From assembly GCF_004010195.1 (NCBI RefSeq), contig NC_057718.1, forward strand, positions 74,560,330-74,592,120: a stretch of DNA of 31,791 nt, given 5' to 3'. A program made the translations under genes and the position numbers. Positions 1 through 10,690 of this stretch are shown piece after piece. Positions within the stretch are counted from its first letter, which is position 1; each line of letters starts with the position of its first letter. This DNA comes from Chiloscyllium plagiosum. Taxonomy: Eukaryota. The notes beneath the pieces are model-generated. The model was not told the origin of the DNA. It saw nothing but the letters and a program-made list of their open reading frames with translations, and did no database searches.

Positions 1-218
1 TTTCACCATCCAACATTCGATTGAAAAATGGGACTTTTTTGCTATCAACATCAAGAAGTTCCTCACTGGACATTTCACTCAATTTTCCTAACTTTCTTAC
101 CACGGCCCACATCACTTAGGGGCTGGGAATATTTTTGCCTGTAGCAATCGGCAGAAGGATTAGGGGAGTTGAATTTTATTTTACACAGCGCATAGTGAGG
201 AGCCAGAATTTATTGCTT

Positions 219-522
219 GGGGTGGCATGGTGGCCCAGTGGTTAGCACTGCCACCTCACAGCACCAGGGTCCCAGATTTGATTCCAGCCTCCGGCGACTG
301 TCTGTGTGGAGTTTGCACATTCTCCCCGTGTCTGCGTGGGTTTCCTCTGGGTGCTCCGATTTCCTCCCACAGTCCAAAGATGTGTAGATCAGGTGAATTG
401 CCCATAGTGTTAGGTGCATTAGTCAGAGGGAAATAGGTCTGGATGGGTTGCTCTTCGGAGGGTCGGTGTGGACTGTTTGGGCTGAAGGGCCTGTTTCCAC
501 ACTGTAGGTAATCTAATCTAAA
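219..522 (+). mobile_element. tRNA-derived V-SINE (HE1-like)
   Basis: A-box TGGCCCAGTGG, B-box-like GATTTGATTCC, V-domain TGTGGAGTTTGCACATTCTCCCCGTGTCTGCGTGGGTTTCC, CR1-derived tail GAAGGGCCTGTTTCCACACTGTAGG-(TAATC)n. Confidence 0.93.
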
Positions 523-659
523 ATATAGATGAGGTAGACATTAAAGGGCATCTAAATATGAAAAGCTGTAACCTAAAAAGTTATAGACCTATTAGTGGAA
601 AATTAGATTAAGATGGGCTCTTTTTTTGGGATGGACATAGTTGGCCAAATGCCCTTTTT

Positions 660-969
660 TTAGATTAGATTACTTACAGTGTGGAAACAGGCCCTTCAGC
701 CCAAAATGCCCACCCCGACCCTCTGAAGAGCAACCCACCCAGACCCATTCCCCTATACTTTTACCCCTTCACCTAACACTACGGGCAATTTAGCATGGCC
801 AATTCACCTAACCTGCACATTTTTAGACCGTGGGAGGAAACCAGAGCACCCGGAGGAAACGGGGGAGAATGTGCAAACTCCACACAGTCAGTTGCCTGAG
901 GGGGGAATTGAACCCGAGTCCCTGACGCTGTGAGGTAGCAGTGCTAACCACTGTGCCACCGTGCCACCC
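660..969 (-). mobile_element. tRNA-derived V-SINE (HE1-like)
   Basis: Reverse complement of the same head, V-domain and tail; TAGATTAGATT tail at 661. Confidence 0.93.
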
Positions 970-2097
970 ATGTTGTAAATTTCTATGATTCTACAAATGA
1001 GGTATGTAACTGTATTATAATATTGGAGCAGATTGGTTGCTTCCCCAGACTCCACCTTCATTGGAACAGGAATCTAATTTTTCATCTGACTGAAATCCAA
1101 CACACACTTGCAAATTGTGTAAAGACTTCAGAATACTACTTATTTGAGAACTTAACAAGTCAAGACAATATTCCTGGACTCATCACAAAAGTTAAAGATT
1201 TTAAGAAGTAAACAAAATTCCATTATTTATCTGTCTTGCAGATGCAACTTGTAAAAAAATATTGACCACGCTTCGGTACTTGACTACTATTTATTGTAAG
1301 CAATTAGACAATTGCTGCATGGAAAACAGTTATGATCAATTGGCATATAATACTAAATTAAAACCAATCCCCTATAAAGTTCCTTGTATATATAAACACA
1401 CACAAACACAGAAAAATATACACAGATGTTACGGACTGAGTGAACATTGGCAAAACTATTCAGTGGTCATTATTCACAGCATCTATTGAGCTTATTCTTA
1501 ACATTCTTGTGTTGGTCAGAATACTGCTTCTCAGTCACTCTTCTCCGGATGTGTCCACTGATTTGCAAAGGGTGCAGGGGAGCTTGTTAAATTTACCAAA
1601 GATCCCTGACTTATTGCCTAAAAGTCACAGCTTATAACAATTGCTGAAAGAAAAACTGGCTTTGTTCATGATTAAAATGGTTTACTACAGAGAAAAGAGA
1701 GGTGCTATGCTGGTCATGATTTGAAAGTTTCCCTCTAACCTTTTAGTTGGTTCTCAGGTAGCTGAATAGTTTGAACCTATCAGGTAATTATTGGCAGGCA
1801 GAAGACCTTTGACATTGGTAACTGGTCACTAGACAACAACCAGTTCACTGTTGCCTCATTTATATACATTCATTTTAGCAACCACATGCTCTCCCCCCAC
1901 ACCCCTCCCCCCCCCCCGACTATCCCCTCCGCATCCCCATGCAGCATTACACAATCTTTGCATTTAGAACATAGAACAGTACAGGATGGAAATAGGCCCT
2001 GGCCCACCCTGTCTGTGCTGACTATCATGATATTCTAAATGAAACCCATCTGCCTGTACATGGTTCATATCACTCTTTTCTCTGCCTGTTCATTGTT

Positions 2098-2436
2098 CAT
2101 AGAAACCCTACAGTGTAGGTGCAGGCCATTCAACCCATCAAGTCCATACTAACCCTCTAGAGAGCATCCTACCTAGACCCACTCGGTGCCCTGTCCATGT
2201 AACCCTGCATTCCCCATGGCTAATCCAAGTAACGTACACATCCCTGAACACTTTGGGCAATTTAGCACTGCCAATTCACCTAACCTGCACATCTTTGGAT
2301 TATGGGAGGAAACCAGAAGAAACCCACGTAGACACAAGGACAATGTGCACACAGATAGTTGCCTGAGGCTAGAATTGAACCTGGGTCTCTGGCACTGTAA
2401 GGCAGCAGTGCTAACCATTGAGTCACCATGCCGCCC
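2098..2436 (-). mobile_element. V-SINE (HE1-like, longer-tail variant) nested in CR1
   Basis: Head ...GTGCTAACCATTGAGTCACCATGCCGCCC and V-domain present; CR1 is collinear on both sides. Confidence 0.88.
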
Positions 2437-3592
2437 TGATCCACCATGCCACCTCTCTCATGTTTCTGTCTAAATGCCTGTTAAACTTTGCTATTGTATT
2501 TGTTTCTACCATCTCCTCTAGCAATGTGTTCCAAGCACCTACACACTCTGCGTAAAAGACTTGCCTTGTACATCTTCTTTAAACTTTCCCCCTCTCACTT
2601 CTGAGTATTGACATATCCACCCTATCAATGCCTCTCATAATTTTATATTCTTCTATCAGGTCACTTCTCAGTCTCTAATGCTCTAGCAGAAGCAATCAAA
2701 GGTCATCCAACCTCTCTTTACGTCCAATATTTCAATCAGGCAACATTCTGGTGAACCTCTTCTGTACCCTCTCAAAGCTTCCACGTACTTCCTGCAGTGT
2801 GGTGACCAGGATTTGTACAAAACTCCAAATCTGGCCTGACCAAAGTCTCACACAGTTGCACCATGACTTGCCAACTTTTATACTCAATGCCTTGACTGAT
2901 GAAGGCAAGCTTGCTTAATGTCCTCTTTACCATCATATCCACTTATGTTGCCACTGTCAGGAGCAACGGGTTTGCTCTCTGACATCCCTCTCATTTTAAA
3001 TGCTCCTAAGAGTCCTGCCATTTACTGCACATTTTCCTCTTGCATTTGATCTCCCAAAATGCATCAGCTCACACTTATCCGGATGAAACTCCATCTGCCA
3101 TTTCTCTACTCAACTTTCCACCTGCTCTGTATGCTGCATCATCCTTTGATATCCTTCCTTATTATCTACAAGTTTATCCACCAACTTTAATGTTATCTGC
3201 AAATTACTAATCAAATCACCTACATTTTCATCTAAATTATTTGTTTCTATTACAAACAAAACATGCATCAGCACTGATCCTTCCACAATACCACTGCTTA
3301 TGGACCTCCAGTCAGACAAACACCCCTCCACAATTACCCTCTGTCTTCTATAACCAAGCCAATTTTGTATCTAACTTACCAACTCACTGTTAACCCCAAT
3401 TGACTTAATCTTCGGAACTAGCTTACTATGATAGACCTTGTTAAATGCTTTAGTAATGTCCATGTAGATAACATGCAGTGACCTACCCTTACCAATCATC
3501 TTTGTCACTTCCTTAAAGAACTCAGTCAAGACCTTCCCCACAGAAAGCAATGTTGACTATTCCTAATAAGTCCATTCTTCTATAAATGTAAG

Positions 3593-4190
3593 CACAAAAC
3601 AACATTGGTTATCCAAACATCAATTATCTGAATTTTGGATTATCCGAACAAGATCTCAACATACCTGTACATGCATTTCAAATGAAGTAGGAAAATTCTA
3701 TTCCTCACCCATTTAATGCATCATTTTGTAAATTTGCTAATTTGAGCGCAAAAAAATCTCTCTCTCTCATGTTCCCCCTGTATTTTGTGCCTCTCTCTCT
3801 CTCTCTCAGGGCTTGGCAGTCGCTGAGGAAGGAGGGACAACACTTAGTTAGTCTGGACGGTGGGATGACACTGAACAGAAAAATGCCAGCTGATGTCGAG
3901 GACCAGGATAAAACCCAGGAAAGTGTCAGCAAAACATTTCACAGACTTCAGTCAAACCTTAGCCAAAAAGTGATTTTATTTGTAAAATATCATGACCTTT
4001 TAAGCAATATCTAGTGTTTGTACATATTTTATCGATTGAATGAAATAAAATCTCTGTAAACATGCTTTTTTACATAATTATATTCAGTATGGCTTCCTTT
4101 GTTTACAATCTTATCAGTAATCTGAACAATCAGTTACCCGAACAAAATACTCCCCACCTGTCTCGTTTGGATAATCAAGGTTGTTCTGTA
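3593..4190. mobile_element. Tc1/mariner (Tigger/pogo-like) non-autonomous DNA transposon (MITE)
   Basis: Left end CACAAAACAACATTGGTTATCCAAAC vs reverse complement of right end TACAGAACAACCTTGATTATCCAAAC (22/26 match). Subterminal TTATCCGAAC-like repeats; inserted at an apparent TA in collinear CR1. Confidence 0.8.
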
Positions 4191-4970
4191 AACACTGTCT
4201 CTAATAATCTTCCCCAATAATTTCCCTACTACTGATGTAAGGCTCACTGGTCTATAATTTCACGGATTACTCCTGTTGCCTTTCTTGAACAAAGGAACAA
4301 CATTGGCTATTCTCCACTCTTCTGGCACCACACCTGGGGCTAAAGAGTACAGAGAGATCTCTATCAAGGCCTCAGCAATCTCCTGCCTTGTCGCCTTCAG
4401 TATCTATCAGGCCCTAGAGACTTATTTACCTTAATATTTTTCAAGACATCCAACACTCCTTCTTAATGTTGACATGCCTTAGTGTATCAACAAACCTCTC
4501 TTTAAACTTACCATCATCCATCTCTTTCTCCTTGGCGAATACTGACACAAAATACTCATTAAAAAGCTCACCCATTTCCTCTGGCTTCACACATAAATTG
4601 CCTCCTTTGTCCTTGAGTGGACCTGCCCTTTCCCTAGTTACCCTCATGCTCCTAATACATATACAAAATACCTTGAGATTCTTTTTCATCCTGCTTCATT
4701 TATACACAAGGGACTTGTTTCAGTTAATTTTCTGAAACCTCTCATGTGCCTCTTTTTCCATCTTAACTAAAGTTCTAACATTTCTCATTATCTAAGGTTC
4801 CCAAATCTTGCTGTTCTTATCCTTTATCCTTACAGGAACACACTTGTCCTGAATTCTGATCAACTGGCTTTTAAGACTCCCACAAGTCAAATGTGGATTT
4901 ATCTTCAAACAGCTGCCCTCAATCCAAGTTTTTTTCAGTTCCTGTTTAATAATGTTAGACCTTTTTAAAA

Positions 4971-5268
4971 TAGATTAGATTAAATTAGATTCCCTACAGT
5001 GCAGAAACAGGCCTTCGGTCTAACCAGTCCACACAGACCCTCCGAAGAGTAACCCACCCAGACCCATTCCCCTCTGACTAATGCACCTAACATTATGGGC
5101 AATTTAGCATGGCCAATTCACCTGGCCTGCACATTTTTGGACTGTGGGAGGAAACCGAAGCACCCAGAGGAAACCCACGCAGACACAGGGAGAATGTGCA
5201 AACCGAGGCTGGAATTGAACCTAGGTCCCTGGTGCTGTGAGGCAGCAGTGCTAACCACTGAGCCACCG
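4971..5268 (-). mobile_element. V-SINE (HE1-like) nested in CR1
   Basis: TAGATTAGATT tail, V-domain, tRNA head ...GTGCTAACCACTGAGCCACCG. Confidence 0.92.
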
Positions 5269-6194
5269 ACTTAATTGCTCTCACCCCTGAAACAGTTATC
5301 TTTTTCCATAGCTATCTTAAAACTTATGGAATTATGATCACTGTTCTGAAAATGCTGTACCATTGAAACTTTGATCACCTAGTCAGGCTCATTCCCCAGT
5401 ACAAAGTCTAATATGGCTCCTTCCCTAGTTAGACTATTTACAATGTTTCAGGAATCCCTTCAGGATGCATCTAACAAATTCTGTCCTATCTAAACCTCTG
5501 GCACCAGGTAGTATCTGTGAATATTGGGAAATTAAAATCATCCACGACCACAACACTGTTGCTTTTATATTTTTCCATGGTTACATTTATCTGTTCCTCT
5601 AATTCCTGCTGGCTATTGTGAGGCCCATAGTATAACCCTATAATAAAGTTGACACATTTTTTATTCCTCAGTTCTACTCATACTTCCTCATTGCCTCGAA
5701 GATCTCTCTCTTAGTACAACAATGACATTTTCCTTAATCAGTAATGCAACTTTCCCACCCTTTTAATATCCCTTTCTATCTTGCCTTAAACATCATTACC
5801 CTGGAACGCTGTGCTGTCAGTCCTCCCTTTCTCTCAAACAAGTTCCCGTAATGGCTACCACATCGTAGTCCCATGTATTAATCCAGGCTTTACGATTACC
5901 TAGCTTATCTGTTATATTCTTTTCATTAAAATAAATTCACTTCAGACTGCTAGTCCCATCATGTTCATTACCCTGGTCCCGCCTGTCCTTTCTACGAGAC
6001 TTAAATATTGAACTTATTCCAACATTTTATATGCGGGACAATGCATCAATAAGTACATTATCCTTTCCAGCAACGAGAATAATCTTTACAGGAAACAGTT
6101 GAAAAAGAATAGACTCCATTTGAACAGTTGCATATTCCAAGTTTTGAACTTTTCAATGAAGGCCAGTGAATTGTGATCAGTGAAAATTAGCACT

Positions 6195-6430
6195 TTTTAA
6201 AATTCACTTGAGGCGTGTGAGTGTCACTGACTGGCCAGCATTTATTGCCTGTCCCTAGTGGCACTTGAGAAGATAGAGGTGAGCTGTCTTCTTGAACTGC
6301 TGCAGTTATATACTGTAGGTAGACCCACAATGTTGTGAAGTAGGGAATTCCAAGATTTTGACCAAGCGACAAGAAAGAAAGGCAATATATTTCCAAGTCA
6401 GGATGATGAGGAACTTGGAAGGGAACTTGC
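6195..6430 (-). mobile_element. 3' end of an L2/CR1-group LINE (second family)
   Basis: GGCCAGCATTTATTGCC...CTTCTTGAACTGCTGCAG...TTCCAAGATTTTGACC, homologous to 21905-22160. Confidence 0.7.
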
Positions 6431-6750
6431 CCTTGTTACCATGCCAGACATAGAATTACAAACATTGAACAGCCAAAAACAATGCCCAAGTCTCTTTTCC
6501 AATAGATCTGATTTTGGTTTAGTTTCTCAGTGGAGTATTCTACTGACTCTGTTCCTGATTCATGATTCACTCTTCAGTCATCTCTAACTACTGCTTCCCT
6601 TTTCACAATACTTTACAAGCAATAGAAGATGGGCAACTTCCTTTTTACTGCTTCTGTTTCATCCTCCCGAGCATCTTGAGGAATAGGCAGGTGATTGATG
6701 TGAGATAATAGAACGGGTGCAAGCTGAATGGCCACTTTCTGCACTATAAA

Positions 6751-7777
6751 GCATAGATAAGGTGGATAGCCAACAAACTTTCCTCATGGTAGGGTAATCT
6801 AAAACTGGAGGACATGTAGCAGAGGGTTCTAGGGGTTCAGGTATATAATTCTTTGAAGTATAGAGAAGGTGGTTAAAAAGGCATTTAGTATACTTGCCTT
6901 CATTGCTCAGACCTTTGAATACAGGAGTTGGGAAGTCATGCTGAAGTTGTACAGGACATTGGTGATCCCTTTTCTGGAGTACTGTGTCCAATCCTGGTCA
7001 CCTGTTTATTGGAAGGATATTATTAAGCTGGAGAAAAGTCAGAAGAGGTTTACCAGAATGTTACTGGGTATGGGAGGTATCGGTTTTTAAGAAAGGCTAG
7101 ACAGGCTGGGACGTTTTTTACTGGAGTGTAGGAGGTTGAGACGTGACCTTACAGAAGTTTATAAAATCATAAGGGGTATAGATTGAGATAATAGTAGTTG
7201 TCTTTTCCTAGGATGGGGGATTTCAAGATTAGGAGGCACATTTTTAAGGTGAGAGGAAAGAGATTTAAAAAAGACATGAGGAGCAAATTTTTTACACAGA
7301 GGGTGGCTCCCATGTGGAGTGAACTTCCTGAGGAAGTGATGGATTTAGGCACAATTACAATGTTTAAAAGGCATTTGGATAAGTACATGAATAGGAAAGG
7401 TCTGGAGCAGGCAGGTGGAACTAGCTTAGTTTGGGATTATGTGCGACATGAACAGGTTGGACTGAAGGGTCTATTTCTGTGCTGTATTATTGTATGTTTA
7501 AGGTGAGCAAGGAGAGATACAAAGGGTCCAGAGGGGCAGTCTTTTCACATAGAGGGTGATGAGTGTCTGGAACGGGCTGCCAGAGGTAGTGGTGGAAGAG
7601 TTGACAATTTCATCATTTAAGAAACATTTAGTCAGATACATGGATGGGATAGGTATGGAGGGACACAGATCAAAAATAAGCATGTGGGACTAGATTAATT
7701 GTGAAAATTCCGTGGCATGGACAAGTTGGGATGAAGGGCCTGTTTCCAAACTATAGACCTCTATGACTCTGACTCTA
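6751..7777 (+). mobile_element. CR1 3' fragment (6751-6815 + 7497-7777) hosting another CR1
   Basis: AAAACTGGAGGACAT|...|TTTAAGGTGAG rejoin as the CR1 'TRGH.FKV' region; ends CTCTATGACTCTGACTCTA. Confidence 0.75.
6816..7496 (+). mobile_element. 5'-truncated CR1 LINE
   Basis: VKKAFSILAFIAQTFEYRSWEVMLKLYRTLV...LEYCVQSWSP; FFTQRVAPMWSELPEEV; 3' UTR. Confidence 0.9.
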
Positions 7778-8044
7778 AGACAGCATCTACCTCCCAACAA
7801 TAAAAATCAATTGCCTTTTTGAAAGGTCTGGAAAAGTCAGAGGCAGCCAACACTAGCTAATTCATTAAGATTGGCTTCAACATTTGAAAGACTGCTTGAC
7901 GTTCTGCTGACCATACCATTTTTGCTTATCATTAACAGATTTAATACAAGTACACTATTTTACTGAAATTACACACATACTCCCAGTAAAAGCCACATAT
8001 TCTTAAAACATCACGATTTCTCATGTAGTTTTAGGGCAGAAAAT

Positions 8045-8870
8045 TCTATTAGGGTCAGATAATTCCCTATTTATATTCAGAGATTCAGCTGATCTGCAGA
8101 CAATTTAAGACTGTCAAAAGATATATTCTGTAGTATCTTCGGCAAGTATCAACTGCAGAAAATGATCCAGGCTCCTGGTTAAGCTGTAGAGGCTGCACTC
8201 CCTACCAAAGGAGTTCAGATCCTTCATCTGCCCTTTCACTCATCTCCTCTAATTCACATCTTCGAATGCTATATTATATAAGTTAAGAGCTGGTAATAAC
8301 CAACTGATGATTGCCATGTTGTGGTACAAGTTGATTACTCTGATTTCTTACCAGGAGGTTTTCAAAAATATAGAGGATGCTCACAGGCTTACTTTGGTTC
8401 AAAATGTAGCATTGGATTGCTGCTGTGATCTTGAGTCACTAAAGTCAACCAGAGTTTGAAAAAAATGAGGCTTGGCCAATGGTGTTGAGGCAGCTCCAGA
8501 ATGCGATGGATTTCCATTTTACCTGACTCCCCATTTCGATGGAATTCAAATTGGCTCCAAGCTCTGAAACCTCCCTTAGGGAGCTACACTGCATAATTTG
8601 AGCCAGCTCAAGGAAATTCCTTCCATATTCTTCTGATTGGCGCAGAATGTTTCTAACGTAAGTCTGCTGCTGCACACCCATCAATTTCTTACCTTCATCT
8701 CCCAGTCAGGCACATCCTGGAGTTTCATTTTGCCATCCAGTGGTGCTGGAGGATCCTAATGGATGGCTTTCTTTGTGGATATTCTCCTTCTCACATTCGA
8801 GGACTCAGGTGAAGTGTTATGCACATAACAGTCCCATTCAACTTTAGGTTAAATAGGCCACAGATACAGG
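8045..8870 (+). mobile_element. Decayed Tx1 (L1-clade) LINE ORF2, from late RT to C-terminal region
   Basis: Manual translation across stops and frameshifts: LFIFRDSADLQTI*DCQKIYSVVSSASINCRK; INQLMIAMLWYKLITL; HWIAAVIL; LHNLSQLKEIPS; LLLHTHQFL. These resemble Tx1 ORF2 (by recall). Confidence 0.7.
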
Positions 8871-9129
8871 CCACACTTGTAATTTTTAGAACATAGAAAC
8901 TTACAGGGCAGTACAGGCCCTTCAGCCCTTGATGTTACGCCGACCTGTCATACTAATCTGAAGCCCATCTAACACACTATTTCATGTACATCCATATGAT
9001 TGTCCAATGACGACTTAAATGTACTTAAAAGTTGGCAAATCTACTACTGTTGCAGGCAAAGCATTCCATACCCTTACTACTCTCTGAGTAAAGAAACTAG
9101 TTCTGACATCTATCCTATATCTATCACCC

Positions 9130-9340
9130 AGAAGGAGAAAATGAGGACTGCAGATGCTGAAGATCAGAGCTGAAAATGTGTTGCTGGAAAAGCGCAGCAG
9201 GTCAGGCAGCATCCAAGGAACAGGAGAATCGACGTTTCGGGCATAAGCCTGAAGAAGGGCTTATGCCCGAAACGTCGATTCTCCTGTTCCTTGGATGCTG
9301 CCTGACCTGCTGCGCTTTTCCAGCAACACATTTTCAGCTC
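9130..9340. mobile_element. Palindromic Penelope-like pseudo-LTR insertion with 15-bp TSD
   Basis: CTATATCTATCACCC at 9115-9129 and 9340-9354. Perfect inverted arms 9166-9249 / 9258-9341, loop TGAAGAAG. Homologous to 25076-25163 and 25863-25957. Confidence 0.85.
9249..9276 (+). ncRNA. Minimal hammerhead ribozyme-like core (PLE type)
   Basis: CUGAAGA-A-GGGC(UUAU)GCCC-GAAA-CG-UC matches CUGANGA/stem II/GAAA/UH. The 5' strand of stem I is not evident in this copy. Confidence 0.6.
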
Positions 9341-9440
9341 TATATCTATCACCCCTCAATTTAAAGCTATGACCACTCGTGCTCGCCGTCACCATATTTG
9401 GAAAAAAGCTCTCCCTGTCCACTCTCTGGTTATCTTATAT

Positions 9441-9748
9441 TTAGATTAGATTCCCTACAGTGCAGAAACAGGCCCTTCGGCCCAACCAGTCCACACTGAC
9501 CCTCCGAAGAGTAACGCACCCAGACACATTTCCTTCTGACTAATGTACCTCACACTATGGGCAATTTAGCATGGATAATTCACCTGACTTGCACATCTTT
9601 GGACTGTAGGAGGAAACCGGAGCACTTGGAGGAAACCCACGCAGACACAGGGAGAATGTGCAAACATCACAGAGATGGTCGCCCAAGGCTAGAATCGAAC
9701 CTGGGACCGTAGTGCTGTGAGGCAGTAGTGCTAACCACTGAGCCACCA
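9441..9748 (-). mobile_element. V-SINE (HE1-like)
   Basis: TTAGATTAGATTCCCTACAG tail, V-domain, tRNA head. Confidence 0.92.
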
Positions 9749-9764
9749 AATGATCCTGCTGCCC

Positions 9765-9823
9765 CCAAATGATCCTTCGGTTCTGCATTGCTAGCCTGCT
9801 GACATTACCATTGCACCATTGCC
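9765..9823 (-). mobile_element. Fragment of a different tRNA-like SINE head
   Basis: Minus strand GGCAATGGTGCAATGGTAATGTCAGCAGGCTAGCAATGCAGA, with A-box-like TGGTGCAATGG. Confidence 0.45.
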
Positions 9824-9826
9824 TTC

Positions 9827-10046
9827 TGTATAATTCTGGTCTCTTTGCTATTAGAAGGATATTATGAAACATGAAAGGGATCAGTAAAGATTTACAAGGA
9901 TTTTGCCAGGATTTAGATTAGCTCCCCTACAGTTTCTGCACTGTAGGGAATCTAATCTAAATCCTGGCAAAATCCTTGTAAATCTTTACTGATCCCTTTC
10001 ATGTTTCATAATATCCTTCTAATAGCAAAGAGACTAGAATTACACA
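9827..10046. repeat. Long fold-back inverted repeat (107-bp arms, 6-nt loop)
   Basis: Arms 9827-9933 and 9940-10046, 4 mismatches by manual alignment, loop TTCTGC. Confidence 0.92.
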
Positions 10047-10690
10047 CAGTATTCCATAAGTGGCCCAACTAATGTACTCTACAGCCACAACCCCTTTACT
10101 CAGTGCACTGACCAATAAAAGCATGCATACCAAATGATGCTTTCCCTATCCTATCTACCTGCGACTCCACTTTCAAGGCACAATGAACCTGCACTCATAG
10201 GTCTCTTTGTTCAGCAATACTCCCTAGGACCTTACTATTAGCGTATAAGTCCTGCCCTGAATAGCCTTTCCAAAGGCTAACCTCACATTTATCTAAATAA
10301 AACTCCATCTACCACTCCTCAGATCGTTGGCTGCATTCTGAGGAAACCCTCTTCACTATCCTCTACATCTCCAATATTGGTGTGATCTGCAAACTTACTA
10401 ACTATACCTCCTATGTTCACATCCAAATCGTTTATATAAATGACAAAAAGCAGTGGACCCAGCACCAAGCCTTGTGGCACTCCACTGGTCACAGGCCTCC
10501 AGTCTTGTATCACTAAAGTCAGCCATAGTTTGAAAAAAATGAGGCTTGGCCAATGGTGTTGAGGCAGCTCAAGAATGCGATGAAAAGTGATCCTCCACCA
10601 CCCCTTCTGTCTTCTACCTTTGAGCCAGTTCTGTATCCAAATAGCTAGTTGTCTCTGTATTCCATGTGATCTAACTTTGCTAACCAGTCT
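9961..10690 (-). mobile_element. More decayed internal CR1 RT fragment
   Basis: DWRPVTSGVPQGLVLGPLLFVIYINDLDVNIGGIVSKFADHT; homologous to ~12812-13495. Confidence 0.88.
10503..10582 (+). repeat. 80-bp direct copy of 8429-8508 inserted in CR1
   Basis: 75/80 identity by manual alignment; interrupts CR1 CAGGCCTCCAGTCT|GAAAAG. Confidence 0.92.

Larger units (their letters stand above)
160..993 (+). mobile_element. Old CR1-type LINE 3' remnant, split by two SINE insertions
   Basis: Segments ~160-218, 523-659 and 970-993 join into a CR1-like 3' end (TTTTACACAGCGCATAGTGAGG...GGCCAAATGCCC...TGTTGTAAATTTCTATGATTCTA). Confidence 0.55.
1965..5995 (-). mobile_element. Decayed CR1 LINE, most of ORF2 plus 3' end, with three nested insertions
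   Basis: 3' tail TAGAACATAGAAC at 1965. Fragments MEGCLSDWRSISSGIVEGSVL (RT) and GPLKDKGGNLCVKPEEMGELFNEYFVSVF; endonuclease-like sequence toward 5.9 kb; many stops and frameshifts. Confidence 0.9.

Noticed and set aside
219..300. tRNA gene
   Set aside because: The A/B boxes belong to a SINE head followed by V-domain and CR1 tail; no complete cloverleaf. The same applies to the other SINE heads.
1889..1940. C-rich tract (G-quadruplex potential on the minus strand)
   Set aside because: Low-complexity poly-C; common and without context.
1325..1955. Possible LTR or conserved non-coding element
   Set aside because: No clear TG...CA termini, TSD or motif; cannot be supported without a search.
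8445..8684. 79-aa minus-strand ORF as a novel exon
   Set aside because: It is antisense to the Tx1 ORF2 relic.
9164..9364. Near-identical ORFs on both strands
   Set aside because: A trivial consequence of the palindrome.
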